Shown piece by piece: positions 62,562-64,000 of a stretch of 64,000 bases of DNA. Source of the stretch: Clostridia bacterium (lineage in GTDB: Bacteria; Bacillota; Peptococcia; DRI-13; UBA5745); contig JAHDPO010000044.1 in NCBI GenBank assembly GCA_018434325.1, positions 53,711-117,710 of the forward strand, in the 5' to 3' direction. The stretch's first letter is position 1; every line of letters begins with the position of its first letter. Both the position numbers and the translations under genes were made by a program. The notes under the pieces are model-generated. The model worked only from the letters and a program-made list of their open reading frames with translations, did no database searches and was not told the DNA's origin.

Positions 62562-63689
62562 TTAGCCAATGTGATGGAAGGGAGCTCTTTGATACCGCCG
62601 GATTTTATCCTCACGCATAGTGATGCCAAAGCCTGGCTTAGGCTCATCCAGACAGATATGGCCATCCTTGAAGATGGATTGTTCCTCGGTGAGGCTATCC
62701 GCCAAAAGAATAGGTCCAAATAGCTCGCAGCCCATGGTCACCACCGGCGTAGAGCAGGCAAAGTGCAGATGAGCCGCATTACAAAGAGGCGATTCCATCA
62801 TGCTGCCCACATAGCAAGGGAAGGCAGCGCCTTCGGCGATGGCAGCCAGGCGCTTGGCGCCTAAAAGACCCCCGGCCTTACTGAGCTTGATACCGAACAT
62901 GCCCACTGCGTCCCGCTTCACCAGCTGAGTAGCTGCTTGGAGAGATTCCAGGCTCTCGTCAGCCAGCAGAGGAATGCTGGTGCTTCCGGCAATAGCAACT
63001 AAGCTGTCTATGTCGGATTTAGGTACCGGCTGTTCTACAAAATCCATATTATATTCCTCAAAAAGCCGGATGGCCCGGATAGCAGTGAAACGGTCCCAGC
63101 CCTGATTGGCGTCAGCCCTAAGCCAGGCTTTGGGGAAGGCCTGCCGGATATTTTTGATGCGGGCCGCATCCTCTTCCGGTTTCATCAGGCCGGTTTTGAA
63201 TTTGAAAATAAACCCGCCCTGGGCCGCCCGTTCTTCTGCCTCCTTCAACTCGGCCTCCAGGGTACCGGAGGCCAGAGACCAGCTTAAGGGCACCTTATCC
63301 CGAACCTTGCCGCCTAGCAAGTCGTAAACCGGCAAGCCTCTCAGCTTGCCTAGAAGATCCCACAAGGCCAGCTCCACAGCCGCCTGGGCAAAATGATTGC
63401 CCCGAACCAGGCTTCCCATCAGATGGCGAAGCCCTTCGATTTCCTCCGCCTCTTTGCCGATCAAAAAAGGCCCCATATAGGTATTAACTACGGCCTGGGC
63501 AGATTCTACGCTTTCCTCAGACCAGGTAGGCCCCCCAAGGAAAGAGGTTTCCCCCCAGCCTGCGGCTCCGTTTTCCGCTTCGATCCTTACAAAGAGATAG
63601 TTTACTACTTCTACCGTCATCAAGGACATTACATGAGGCCTAATCAGCGGCATATCTACAATTATTGTCGAAATCCTTTTGATTTTCAT
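62562..63689 (-). CDS. muconate cycloisomerase-like enolase superfamily enzyme
   Basis: FKFK, DANQ, EQP, DES, CELFGP. Confidence 0.88.
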   Translation of the reverse strand: MKIKRISTIIVDMPLIRPHVMSLMTVEVVNYLFVRIEAENGAAGWGETSFLGGPTWSEESVESAQAVVNTYMGPFLIGKEAEEIEGLRHLMGSLVRGNHFAQAAVELALWDLLGKLRGLPVYDLLGGKVRDKVPLSWSLASGTLEAELKEAEERAAQGGFIFKFKTGLMKPEEDAARIKNIRQAFPKAWLRADANQGWDRFTAIRAIRLFEEYNMDFVEQPVPKSDIDSLVAIAGSTSIPLLADESLESLQAATQLVKRDAVGMFGIKLSKAGGLLGAKRLAAIAEGAAFPCYVGSMMESPLCNAAHLHFACSTPVVTMGCELFGPILLADSLTEEQSIFKDGHICLDEPKPGFGITMREDKIRRYQRAPFHHIG

Positions 63690-63719
63690 TTTGATCCTCC
63701 CGTATCTTTTTTGCTCGCT

Positions 63720-63998
63720 TCAGGCTTTTTCCGCTGCCGTATTATCTCGGTAATAAGCGCCGCCGCAGACACTCTTGGTTGTCAGGCTGACGATGATCAT
63801 GCACAGGCATCCTACAATACAGGCCGGAATTGCGCCGCCGCTGAAGTAGATCTTTAGAGACGGGATGAACTCAAAGGCGATGCCGGTGAGGGCCCCCACC
63901 GGAATGGTGATGACGGCCGCTTGAAGAGTAGCTTTCTTCCAGTACATACCCAGGATAATAGGCCAGAAAATACCGCCTACAATGCAGACCTGGGCGCC
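63720..63998 (-). CDS. C-terminus of a sodium:solute symporter (partial)
   Basis: PIILGMYWKKAT...IIVSLTT; frame open to window edge. Confidence 0.75.
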   Translation of the reverse strand, partial: GAQVCIVGGIFWPIILGMYWKKATLQAAVITIPVGALTGIAFEFIPSLKIYFSGGAIPACIVGCLCMIIVSLTTKSVCGGAYYRDNTAAEKA

Positions 63999-64000
63999 CT

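Overview
Chromosomal window of an endospore-forming, probably anaerobic Clostridia-type Firmicute. Left to right: a Na+-type V/A-ATPase operon (ntpFIKECGABD) with a long structured leader; NYN-LOTUS, radical SAM, MGMT and VanW genes; a metal/sulfur block (HMA-DsbD_2-cupredoxin and DUF2318 divergent from cysK-Rrf2-xdhC-cysE); the rpmE-DUF1385-prfA-prmC/sua5-rpiB-ywlG-glyA-dCMP deaminase block, with prmC and sua5 fused; an acpP-accBCDA-fabK-like-marR operon; a sigma54-controlled double-amidohydrolase/YjiHG operon; an Rrf2-giant sortase substrate-class B sortase locus; and the mazG-hup-yabO-yabPQ-divIC-S1-gppA-spoIIE sporulation region. No transposase, tRNA, rRNA or CRISPR array was seen. The most unusual signals are non-coding. 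One is an 846-bp composite of two 146-bp MITE-like elements with a 10-bp target duplication only at the outer ends. Two further dispersed inverted-repeat families occur: one has its interior flipped relative to its flanks, the other has 41-bp-phased boxes. There is also an anti-SD-containing ATPase leader. Two small proteins missed by the ORF track were found. All family assignments are from motif recognition by eye, not database searches.
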